Source: Oopsacas minuta
Lineage: Eukaryota > Animalia > Porifera
DNA length: 27,922 nt
Direction: 5' to 3'
Assembly (NCBI GenBank): GCA_024704765.1
Contig: JAKMXF010000166.1
Coordinates: 369,818-397,739 of the forward strand
The notes beneath the pieces were generated by a model. That model was not told where the DNA came from. It ran no database searches and saw only the letters and a list, made by a program, of their open reading frames with translations. Positions 9,449 through 20,162 of the stretch are shown one piece after another. The number at the start of each line of letters is the position of its first letter. Position 1 is the first letter of the stretch. The translations under genes were made by a program, and so were the position numbers.

Positions 9449-10625
9449 ATTAGATTGAATTAAAATGTGATTGCATACTACCAAATGTCCCGTTTTGGAT
9501 ATATTTAATTGTAATCTCCCGTAGAAAAGTATCCAAAAGTAGAATTGTTCGCTCTTTGATGCACTTTTTTTAAGGAACACTAACTTAAAATTCAGGCTTA
9601 AGGTCCTTAATTTTCTGTCAATTTCAGCCTCTAAGTTCCTTAAGAGTGTAGTTCAGAATATGCTACATCCCGGTTATATAGATAGCATCTTCTTTCCAGC
9701 TAATTTCTTCAGTCTGCTTGGCGATTATGCACCAATTTTAGATAGATATTTATTTTCTTATTTTACAAGGGCAAAGGTTTAATTGTAATTATTGAAAACT
9801 ATAGAATGAGTGTGTTCGCGTTTTACTACATAATTAGAAGTTAATTGTTGTTTATACGAAATAATGGTTGTTTGGCTTTTAAATAACCTACGTTATATTT
9901 CTTGTAATAATTAATATTTATTTGTAAGTGTTCGATATAGGCTAGTTGTTAAAGGTATATTTTTTGAAAACAATTACCATAAATAGGTACTTAATATATT
10001 TGATCTTGATTTACGGTACATCTCTGTTGGATTAACCTGAACTTCTTGCTGTAAACATAGAATAAGGAAATTCCACTCCTTATCTCATTAGTCTGAGCAG
10101 AGCCTCGTATGATTTATACTTAATTAATAATACGTATTACGTATATCAATATAAATAAGAGAAATCGTCTTATTAACAGCCAGCATTTAGCAAATATATC
10201 ATATTCTTGCTCAATATCAAAGTTATGTTTAGTATTCACATTTAACTGATGTGCAGTGGATCCTGCATATTCCGACACCTGTATAATTCAGAATACTTCT
10301 ATCATCAGACAATGTTTCTGATCTGATAAAGATTCTGGTAATACACATTCACTTGCATAATTAGACACAATTTTCATGTCCCAACGAGTTTGGAATATGC
10401 AAGTTTCACTATATTGATTTTAACAGTTAACAACTATCCTTTTGTCGCTAATATCTACCAATTCTATGGTGGTACATAGTACCATTTATCCCTGCTATAT
10501 TCTATTGTCAAACCTGTATAGTATAACATTCCAAAATCCGTTAGCAAATTCTCAATTATATTTAATGAAGTAAATACTATTCATCCAAACATCTATTTAA
10601 TGATTAGGTAGATTCCTTTAGAAGA

Positions 10626-10900
10626 ATGAGTGAGGAGATGGAGATTGACATTAGTGTACTGAGAGATAAACAAGAGACTATAACAGAAGTTACAAACCAT
10701 CTCTCTCAGATATCTAGCATCGGTAATGCTACTATACTCATAGAAAAGATTAAAATAATAGTGAACCTGTCTAAACAGCTGTTGGAAGGATTTGACGAGG
10801 TTACAATAGTAAAGACTAGCAGCTATATCACTTTATTAGTCAGTAATGCTAAGATTATAGCAACTGATCCTACCCGTGTTACACCTGATGCTATCAAAAG
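10626..10900 (+). CDS. Exon A of the SH3/RhoGAP-like gene (amphipathic helical region)
   Basis: Donor AG|GTTAGT at 10901, phase 2. An in-frame acceptor at 10607 suggests upstream exons. Confidence 0.75.
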
Positions 10901-13900
10901 GTTAGTGATAAGTAATTTAATGTGAATACTGCAATTATTTCATATTTGATATTTTGTAAAGCACCAAAATATACGATCATTAGGTTCTTATTAACTAGAT
11001 TCGCTTAACTCTTGCATTGGTGAAGAAGATACAAATATAGTTTCGATGAAGTTGGGAACTCTATAATGATTGCTATTCTATAAACTATATTATTGGGAAA
11101 TTTTGATTATTTTGACAAACTTTTCCCAAAATTATATGATCCAAATACTGCAATATAACTATATAAGCATGATAGCGGAGAGCGATTGTTTATGGGACAC
11201 CAGTTCAATTTGAATATTCAAGTACTATACTGACACATGTTGTAGCCCTCCTTTTTGTACTCCCATTAGTATATATCGTCAACGAAGCTTAACATATTTT
11301 GATCAATTATTTAAGTAGTTTTTTGGCATTTTATCTTAGTGATTCCCAGGGCATATTTAGAAATCTCAGAGCGGGATGCATTTATGAATACTACAGACTC
11401 CACTTAATAGACCATCGGTTAATCTGGTTAAGGAGCCAGAAACAGAACCATACAAATAGTATTTATTTATTCCGCTAAATCGGGTCAAAATAGCCTGTTC
11501 CGGATGTGACCCTATTAAGCGGAGTCTACTGTATTTGCATCTCATTAAAATACACATTACAATTAAAATACCCATTATTGAGGCTGAAGCAGAGAGGCAA
11601 TCGCTTCCTAGCTGCTCCCCTGGATTCATTATCAATTTCATTCTACTGTCATCATTTAACTACCCCAATCCATAGCACTGCTTAATCTTAATTAAGTTGT
11701 ATATACTTCTGGTTTTCTTTACGTATAGTATTTTGTGCTTTATTATAGCTTAACGCGTAGCAGAGATAAACTAGCTAATCAATTATCAGAACTGAATACA
11801 GTACTTGAACAGAGTATTGCTACACAAGTTGATACTCTAGAGGGTATAGGAGCCGATTCAGAATCTAATTCTAAAGACAGAGAGAAGGAACAGTTAGAAT
11901 TACTAGCTAAATATAGAGGAGAGCTAAAAGCTAAGAAAGATGTTCAACAGGCGTTTATTCTGGAAGGAGATCCTGCTACAATGTTAGAAGAGGTGACGTC
12001 ATTAATTTATGTATCTACTACAGTATTATCATATTAATTATTGGTACACTTTGGCAAAAAAGTAGCACGCTTATAAATTTTACTCTTAAATATTTATAAT
12101 TAACTTTTTCATTAGGTAAAGTAGGTGTATACTGACCTCATACGTATGCCCTATCATTCATATACGAGTGGGTATTATGTTTTATTCTTTCCATTCTTAA
12201 TTAGGGTGGATAACAATAGGTGTACATATTCATAAATTGAACACATACCGGAATACTGGTTCGCTCTCACTTACACGAGTGACAATCGAATTATCCCTCT
12301 AATTTAGAGTAAAAACGTAATGTGTATCATCTAGAGTTTAGTTTAACATATCTTACTCGTATTATTGAAAGTACATACAGTAGACTTTCGTTATAACGAA
12401 GTGCTTCGGCCCCCAATTACTTTCAGGCTATAGGGGTAAATACTCACTTCATTACAACGAGAAGTTTCGTCATATACGACTTGGTTGTAACTGGAGAGTA
12501 TACGTAGTAAGAATCTGAACTATCATGTTAAATACAAATTAGATAAAATTGCATTACATTATACAACTTTAAGCTACTAACTTGATTATTGACTCATTTA
12601 TAAACTGACTGTTACAATCTAGTTAATATCTGTTCCTATCTTACAGGTTGTATCAGAGTTTCTAGACTGTACAAAGAATCTCGGTAGGAGTTACGAGCCT
12701 GCTTCGAACCCATCCAGATGTGAGATACTCTGCTCTCTGTGTGGAATAGCTAGGTCTGTACTGAAATTACTTGACTTGGTAGATTCTCTATTTGTTAGTA
12801 AATTTCCTATGAGGAAACAGGTATACCAGTTCACAGAGAAACTGCTTGAGCTTGGTATGGCGTATAAGCCAGTGGAAGTAAAGGGAGGAAGGGAAGGAGA
12901 CGCGATCAGAGATATGAGGAAACAATTACCTGCTCTAAACAACTCTGCAAAGGTATTATAGCATCCATTATCCAGAATACATAGACTTATTAATTGTTTG
13001 ATACGTCTAATTAGTGTATATTTATTTAGAATATAATCCTATTCAAAATCAAACATCAGTTTTGAAATTTCAATAATCCGTATAGTATTAGTTTAGTGAG
13101 TGTGGTTATAATTAATAACGAGCCTTTGGCTCGTCGCTTCGCGATGAACTCGGCGCGTTGCGCCTCGAGGTATTCAACGGACAAATAAACAGACAAACAA
13201 CGATTGAGATTTAAAAGTTGTTTACAGTATTCAGACTCAGCATACCAGTATAGTCTTTGAAAGTATGATTCTACCTCAATTTTAAATTTGTTTACTTTAT
13301 GTACCTAAAAGTAAACAAAGACTTATATTTACTTCCTTGATAAACACGATAAATACATAGTTATGCGGAAATTTCAAAATTGCATATCGTAAATCCTTTC
13401 CTTGACAACGGACAAACAAACAGACAACAATTAAGGTTCAATAATATAGATATATTATGTTGTAGCTACTCTTTATATACATTACTCTACATTGATTACT
13501 CATATTAAATGAATTTTCAATTAATCCAGGTGATGTTCGAGCAGTTAGAAGAGAGAGTTCGTAACCTAACTGCTAGCAGACACAAGAGTATGAAACGTAA
13601 ACAAGATTTAAGTCTGCTGGGAAGTTCGGAGCTAGAAGCTATGAAATCAGAACCAAATGAAAACAAATCCCGATCTCTCCTCCTCAGACTAATATGTCAC
13701 GTTTGTTGTACCAGTGCTAAACAGGCTAGTAATGGAGATCCTATCAAGAGAGGATCTGTATTGAGGTTAGAAGTGTCAGGAGATGCGACTATCCGCGAGC
13801 TGAAAGAACAGTTGAGTGTATACACAGGTATTCCTGTGAAGTATGTTCTCCCTAGATTTCCTGGTGTAGAACAGCCACCAGATAATGAGGAAGAGCTAGG

Positions 13901-16900
13901 AGAGTTATTTGGGGGTGGAGACATGAAAGATGTGTTTCTATTTGATCTCTCTTCTTCTGAAGGTAATTTCAATTTCTTTTTCGATTTCAACCTATCCCGT
14001 TCAAATTATTTAAGTTATTCTATTTATAGGCCTCCCAGAGGATGAGTTCCGGGAGTTACGTAGACTTGCTGTAGCTCAGATGACTATAGACAGTTACCAA
14101 TGGGATACCGAATGGGCGGGAGATATCGCACAAGCTACTGTAGACTATGACGTCACAGAGCCAGGTCACCTGTCATTCATTGAGGGGGAACTATTAAGAG
14201 TGTTGGTGAGGAATCCTGATGGTTGGTGGAAAGGAGAAGTTAACGGGGTGACTGGCATTTTCTACAAAACATTTGTAGTTGAATTAAAGAGAGATACACC
14301 TACTAGTGTCCCTACTAACTTCAAACAAGTTGCATTCCAAGGAAAACCCAAACAATCCTTCTTATTGAGAAAGAAGTCTGACGAAACAATTCTATCTTCT
14401 CCAGCTCAAAAGAGGTCCCTCTCTTCTGTCAGATCTCTAGTTCACCAAGATAGTGCTGATAATCCTAAGAATACTGGTACACCTGAGCTCAAGAAGAAGA
14501 TGTCTCATATTTCTATTTCTCTCGAATCTGATGCAAATCCAGAGAAACCTCATCCCATACAAGAAGAATCAGAAACTCCTAGTACAGATCCATTTAATGA
14601 TTCGTTTTCTACTTCAGAGCGAAATAATTCTTGTATAAGAGATAAAGACAGTTATTCTGAGAGGAAAATAACTAATAGAGTCAATTCAGTGAATATTGAT
14701 GAACTCATCGATCAACTGAGCGAGTATTCTGGTATTTCTATGCCTCAAGACACAACACCTCACAATACAGTCACAAGTATAACTAATATGGGATTTAACC
14801 TAGAGTCCCCAGTTAAACCAGATACTACCGATTCGAAGGTGAATGATTTCGCGAAATGTACATCAAATCCTTTATCCATAGTTAATCCTATTTTGAATGA
14901 TTGTGAAATGACGAAATACTTGTACGACTCTCTAGATGGCGTGGATAAAACCGCAGAATCGGATAAAACATCTGATATTGTGAGTGAAGATAATCCTTTG
15001 TATGAGAAGGTTACTCTACCTCCTAATTCCCTAGCAGTAGCAATAGACACAGATGAACCAAGCACATCTATTTCTCTAAGCCCTGCATTTACAGAGTCAA
15101 GATCTCCCCCTGATACAGCAGCACGTCCGCCTATTCCTACAACTACACGACCCATTAAATCCATTCAGAATCCTTCGAATCCGAAATCAGCTACAAAATC
15201 TTCCGGAAAGAAATTCAAGCTAGGTGGTTCAAAATATGATAAAGATGAGAAAGAAAAGGAAAAAGTAAAACCTCCCTCGAAGCCTAAAAGACATTTCTTC
15301 GGCCGAAAACAGAAGAGCACTCCTGACACTGTCTTTACGGACAGTCATACTTCATTTGACCCTCCTCTCCCTCCAATCCCACCAACAGACACTATTTCTA
15401 ACTCTAACAACTCTTCTACGAACAATTCTAACCACTTCCCTATAGGAATATACAGTGTACTTAGTGATCCCAATCAATCTCAATCAGATATATACGAACA
15501 AGTTGACAATAACATTAAAATAGAGTCACAGAGTGAGAACTTAATCAGATCCAAGGCTACGTCAACAGACACAGCCTCTCCTAGTACTAGTCACTATGAA
15601 ACGGTTGATTTGATTTCTCCACCTCGTTCTAACAATATTTCTCAGTTTACTGGTAGTGCTAATGACTTGTATTCTAAAGTTGATTTAGCTCAGAAGCATT
15701 TCAGAAAGACTGCTAGTGTAGAAGAACAAGCTACTTCTTCACAGCTGTCTACTGACGAGTTATCCTCTCTAGCTGTAGTATATAATAATGAGAGTGATAC
15801 AAGTAATGAACCAGTCCTGGGAAAAGATTTCATAAACTCCTACCCAATATACTCACATGTCACTAGGAAGAGAGATTCTGTAATTATTCAAGATGACGAG
15901 AATGATACTCCTGTGTCTGTATCCATCTCTCCCAAACAGGAAACTGAGCCTTATTGGAGTGAGGCTGCTCAAGAAAATGAACTTTTACCCAAAACCCGTC
16001 CCATTTTACCTCCCAAAACGCTCAGTATTGAAGATGTAGAGATATACATTAAAGAAACAGATAGAGAAGTGCAGGAGATGATACACTCTCCTATAGAGAC
16101 ATTCGTACCATCCTCTAGTCCCGGTCACAAGAAGAGGTTCTCACATTATCAAGAAGTACCAGAACCTCAATCTCCTACAGTACCAGCTTGTATACTAACT
16201 GATGATGATTATGAAGAAATCCCTGAGAGGAATCGCGCTTTTTCTCTGCCACAACAAAGCCAACATGGGGACATAGTCAAGACCCCTCTCGAAATAACAC
16301 ACTCTGCAGAATATGGAAAACGTATGAGACTTAAAGATGAAGTGAACAATGCACCGCTTCCTCCTATACCCGTTAATATTGACGATACCCCGACCCAAAC
16401 TATAGATAATGACCTATCTCAATACGAAAGCATTGAATCTATTTTAGGCTCAAAAATACCAAACAGATATAAAGATCAGATACAGGATCTCATTCAGGAA
16501 CGAACTCCAAATGATGTTAGAAGTTATTATAGTGACGCTCTGCTAACTTGTGTATCAAATTTACTACAGCTAAGCAATACATCAATCTCTTACAGTCTCT
16601 TTACAAGAGATAATTCACAACACACAAAGAAGTTAATCAAATCCCTCGAAATGGGACAACCATTGAATGTGGATTTTAGAACATCTCCTTCAGTATTTGC
16701 AAGTCTTATTAGGTTAATTCTAAAGAGTGAAAGAATGGGTCCGCTATTTTCTAGCTCATTAACTGAACAATTGCTTATTCTGGTTAAGAACGATAATGAA
16801 CAAACTATATACGTGGAGATACACTCATTGGAACAACGATTGAATAAATTTATTCGCGATTTTATTTATCTACTCAACTTGAACTTCACCTGCTTAACTG

Positions 16901-17034
16901 AAAAGAAAAAACAAGAATTTATATTAGCTCTATCTCCTCTCTTCTTCGAAGACACTAGCAAAAAGAACATTGATACTTGCAGACATATCCTACGCTATTT
17001 GATTGAACATTATTCTACTATCTTCAAAAATTAA
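10626..17034 (+). CDS. Spliced gene model (5 supported exons, 1420 aa from M10626, probably 5'-extended): helical bundles + ubiquitin-like + SH3 + Tyr/Pro-rich region + RhoGAP-like domain
   Basis: Exons 10626-10900, 11749-11992, 12647-12952, 13530-13962, 14030-17034 are joined by GT-AG introns with matching phases (2,0,0,1). They total 4263 nt = 1421 codons with no internal stop. Confidence 0.85.
11391..11531. mobile_element. pogo/Tigger-type MITE in intron, TA-flanked
   Basis: TA|CTACAGACTCCACTTAATAG ... CTATTAAGCGGAGTCTACTG|TA. Confidence 0.7.
11749..11992 (+). CDS. Exon B of the SH3/RhoGAP-like gene
   Basis: Acceptor TTATAG| and donor GAG|GTGACG; phases match the neighbouring exons. Confidence 0.8.
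12378..12504. mobile_element. Degenerate pogo/Tigger-type MITE in intron
   Basis: TA|CAGTAGACTTTCGTTATAACG left end; decayed right end TTGGTTGTAACTGGAGAGTATACG|TA. Confidence 0.55.
12647..12952 (+). CDS. Exon C of the SH3/RhoGAP-like gene (FAT-like helical bundle)
   Basis: Acceptor CTTACAG| and donor AAG|GTATTA, phase 0/0; open frame VVSEFLDC..LNNSAK. Confidence 0.8.
13118..13451 (+). mobile_element. Helentron/DINE-like non-autonomous element, family A copy 3 (intronic)
   Basis: Colinear with 8822-9259 apart from a shorter middle; ends TAATATAGAT. Confidence 0.7.
13530..13962 (+). CDS. Exon D of the SH3/RhoGAP-like gene (ubiquitin-like domain)
   Basis: LEVSGDATIRELKEQLSVYTGIP resembles ubiquitin [23 protein letters not shown]. 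Donor G|GTAATT at 13963 starts a 67-nt intron. Confidence 0.82.
14030..17034 (+). CDS. Terminal exon: SH3 domain, long Ser/Pro/Tyr-motif disordered region, RhoGAP-like domain
   Basis: SH3: ATVDYD..HLSFIEGELL..DGWWKGEVNGVTGIF. RhoGAP-like: SLFTR..KKL..VFASLIRLIL..GPLF..LSPLFF..LIEHYSTIF. Confidence 0.88.
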
Positions 17035-18116
17035 TATTTGTTCTGTATGGTCCTGATTTGTTGATATTCATTTTATGTGTTTCACTAGCTTTCTATATTT
17101 GTATAAAATTGTAGTGAATTGTTTATTAATAATTGATTTGGCTCATTATCTGTATTGTTTCTAATTCAATATTATACATAATAATTCTTGTACATACGGG
17201 TATGCTTCTAATGAACAAATTCGTACTCTAAATTGAGATTTCTACGTACACCACATAGATGCCATATATTCGCCATATTCCCTCGCTACTTATGATTCAT
17301 CCTGCTCTTCAAGCCCTTCCAAATATAGAAATATATTCAGTTAGTTGTAATGACATAATTTACAGCTGTGTTTGGTATTGATTTATTTGAGGATACCTAA
17401 TTAGGATGTATTGTATGTATTTTCCAAAAAAGATGGCTCCCAATGTTGGGAAGAAATTATTGTATATTTCTTATATTTACTAGACTGTCTAGAGAAGATT
17501 ACAATTATCAAACATAAGAAAAGTATTTAAAGAGTACAATATATTCGCCTACTACTGAATTACTTTATATTCCAAAATAATTAATAAACTTCTGACGTCA
17601 CTCAATCACTTTATATAATGTGTATGGTGAAGCTTAGAACTAATCCGAGCCAGAGGATCAAGCTTTGCCTTGTGTGAGTTCTAGGTATTCAGAAATTCAT
17701 GATGTGCTGAACTGGAAGTTATCTTACAGATATATAGTCGACATTAATGGAAAGGTTGAGGATAGCTCCGCACGTTATTAGTAATGTTGAAATTCGGTTA
17801 AATGCGATTAATTCTTCTTATTGTCAGAATTCTTACCAATTGTTATCTGTCACGTGTCTTGTATATTGTCCTAACGAAAAGTATTGAAAAACCGACTTAT
17901 AGAGATTCAACTAATTGCATCACCTTTTATATTGATTTTTCCCTTCAAACGCTAAAAGGAATTATCTGTTTCTCTATTTCCTAATTCAATATGGCTTGAA
18001 GATGTCCACAATTTTCTCATTTTCTAAGGATTTGTTGCGATAGTTAATATGCTTTGAATTTCATTTCGGCTATTCAACCTCTTGTACTTTATCTGGTGCA
18101 TAGAAAAAGGTTTAGT

Positions 18117-18465
18117 AGCTGGGAGTGAGACAGTTCTCTACAGACTAGTACGATATTTCACTGCAGGTAGGATATTTCTCTACAGGTCTGATATTTGTGG
18201 ACAGAGGAGATTTGTACAGGTAAGGTGTGGTCACAGAGTTATGCAGGTTATTCGGAGCACGCTCCTAGCGCTAATCCTCTAAAATTTTCACACGCCTAAT
18301 CAGTAAATTAGTGTTATGATATAAGGAAAGATTCTCAAATTTATTGCTCCTAAATATAATTGCGGCAAAAATCAGCGTCCGGCTCTCCTAGCGAGTTCCT
18401 TGAAGTTGTTCTACCTGTACAAATATCTTCTACATAAATGTCATATCTGAAGAGAACTGTCGTAC
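18117..18465. mobile_element. Possible old MITE with decayed TIRs and GATATTT..CAGGT subrepeats
   Basis: GACAGTTCTCTACAGA (left) is inverted against TCTGAAGAGAACTGTC (right); ACCTGTACAAAT is also present as an inverted pair. Termini and TSD unclear. Confidence 0.35.
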
Positions 18466-18501
18466 TTGCAGTTGGCAGGTAGCAGTGGTGTAGCATTAGG
18501 G

Positions 18502-18634
18502 CAGCGGTTTCCAACCTTTTCAGCCTTGGACCCCTATAGTAATTTTAACATATCCTGTGCACCCCTCGCATAGACTGTAATAAATCGTGTGGACCCACTG
18601 CTTATCGTTCATGGACCCCAGGTTGAAACCGATG
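18502..18634. mobile_element. hAT (Charlie-like) MITE, 133 bp, perfect 8-bp TSD
   Basis: CATTAGGG|CAGCGGTTTCCAACCT ... AGGTTGAAACCGATG|CATTAGGG. Confidence 0.9.
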
Positions 18635-19322
18635 CATTAGGGGTTCAGACTGTTCATTGAACTAGAGGCTTCAAAATTCTACATGTTTCTACTTCCATTA
18701 TTTCATTGTAATCTAAGAATTAAATTATTTGTATTATTTATTTTATAGTACATCTAACTCATCTAACTATTATTTAGATAAACCAGATTTAAATCTTTTA
18801 AATATTGGTCAACATGATTACATGAAGCGAATGCATTTGTCAGACATCAATATTTCTAATTCCACAATGGCAGATACCTTAGAGACGCTGGGGGCAACAT
18901 TAGGGAGCTTGTTTCATTCTAATCCACGAATAATCTTGCGCCACAACTGAGGTAGTGGATTAGAATAGATAGGAACACAAAATAGCAAATATTGTCTCAC
19001 TAAATGATACATGTCTGACAATACATACTGGTAAATTCTGACAAATCCAGTGCTCGGATCAACAGTGCTATTAATATGCGGGAAATGACATCTCCGAGCC
19101 CCAAGTCTCAAAATTTTCTTGATCGAACCCCTGAACCTTAGCCATGCCAATCGAGTTTATACTTAATATCACGAGTCCTATTTATCTTCCTCCAGTACTA
19201 TAAATCTATATTAGGCTCATGTCAATGATGTCATATCTTATAATTTGTATTTAATTGTTATTTTAACCGCTGCATTCCATTGAAGATTAGTCGTAGCCTA
19301 GTACCTATTTTCTGACTGCTTA

Positions 19323-20162
19323 ATGACGAACCGCGATGCCATGCTAACCAAGGCCAAACTGGCTGAGCAAGTTGAGAGGTACGACGAGATGGTAACTGCG
19401 ATGAAGGAGCTAGCCGAGAAATCTGACGAGCAGGAGTTGACTGAAGAGGAACGGAACTTACTTTCTGTAGCCTATAAGAACGTGATCGGAACAAGGAGGG
19501 CTTCTTGTCGTATCTTGAACTCGATTGCGAATAAAGAAGATGGAAAATCTGATGAAAGGGTACAAACTAGGGTATTACATCAAAGCCTCAATTATTTGTT
19601 TATTGTCTATTAATAGGTTGAAATGATATCCTCTTACAAGAGTAGAGTACAGGCTGAAATGAAAGACATCTGTGATGAAATACTCTCACTCCTAAACAAA
19701 TATCTGATACCTAATTCTAAAAAATCAGATACCAAGGTTTTCTATCATAAGATGAAAGGAGACTATTATCGCTACTTGGCTGAGTTCTCAACACAGAATG
19801 AGAGGAGCTTGGTCAGCGAGAATGCAAAAGAAGCATACCAACAAGCAGTTAAGATCGCTGAAGAACTAGATGAGACCGATCCTATCCGTCTAGGTCTAGC
19901 TCTTAATTTCTCTGTGTTCTACTATGAGATATTAAGTAAGCCAAAAGAGGCATGTACACTCGCACGGAATGCTTTTGAAGAAGCCATGAGTAAGTTAGAC
20001 GATGTAAGAGAGGACAAATACAAAGACGCAACCCTCATTATGCAACTACTACGTGATAACCTGACTCTCTGGGCTGACGACTCAGGAGCTCTCGACCCTG
20101 AGGGAGAGGAGACTCCTGTCGAAGCTAAGCCTCCTCAAGATGGAGACAAACCAGATGACTGA
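19323..20162 (+). CDS. 14-3-3 protein, 260 aa, two exons (19323-19559, 19617-20162)
   Basis: [70 protein letters not shown] 57-nt phase-0 GT-AG intron (19560-19616) joins the two track ORFs. Confidence 0.97.

Noticed and set aside
9591-9780. Short open frame MLHPGYIDSIFFPANFF..TRAK with a GT donor (possible first exon of the scaffold gene)
   Set aside because: I could not find a phase-compatible stop-free connection to the downstream exons.
12691-16398. ORFs 12691-12942, 13697-13990, 14453-14638, 14760-15164 and 16195-16398
   Set aside because: Antisense or off-frame shadows of the spliced SH3/RhoGAP-like gene.
17593-17600. CRE palindrome TGACGTCA
   Set aside because: An 8-mer that also occurs at a splice donor (~11994) and in coding sequence (~14149); no evidence of function.
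18729-19150. ORFs 18729-18950 (+) and 18914-19150 (-); the latter stays open about 30 codons past a TGA (selenocysteine idea)
   Set aside because: No recognisable homology, no true ATG for the minus ORF, no SECIS seen, and no consistent splice model.
19258-19494. Minus-strand ORF opposite 14-3-3 exon 1
   Set aside because: Antisense shadow.
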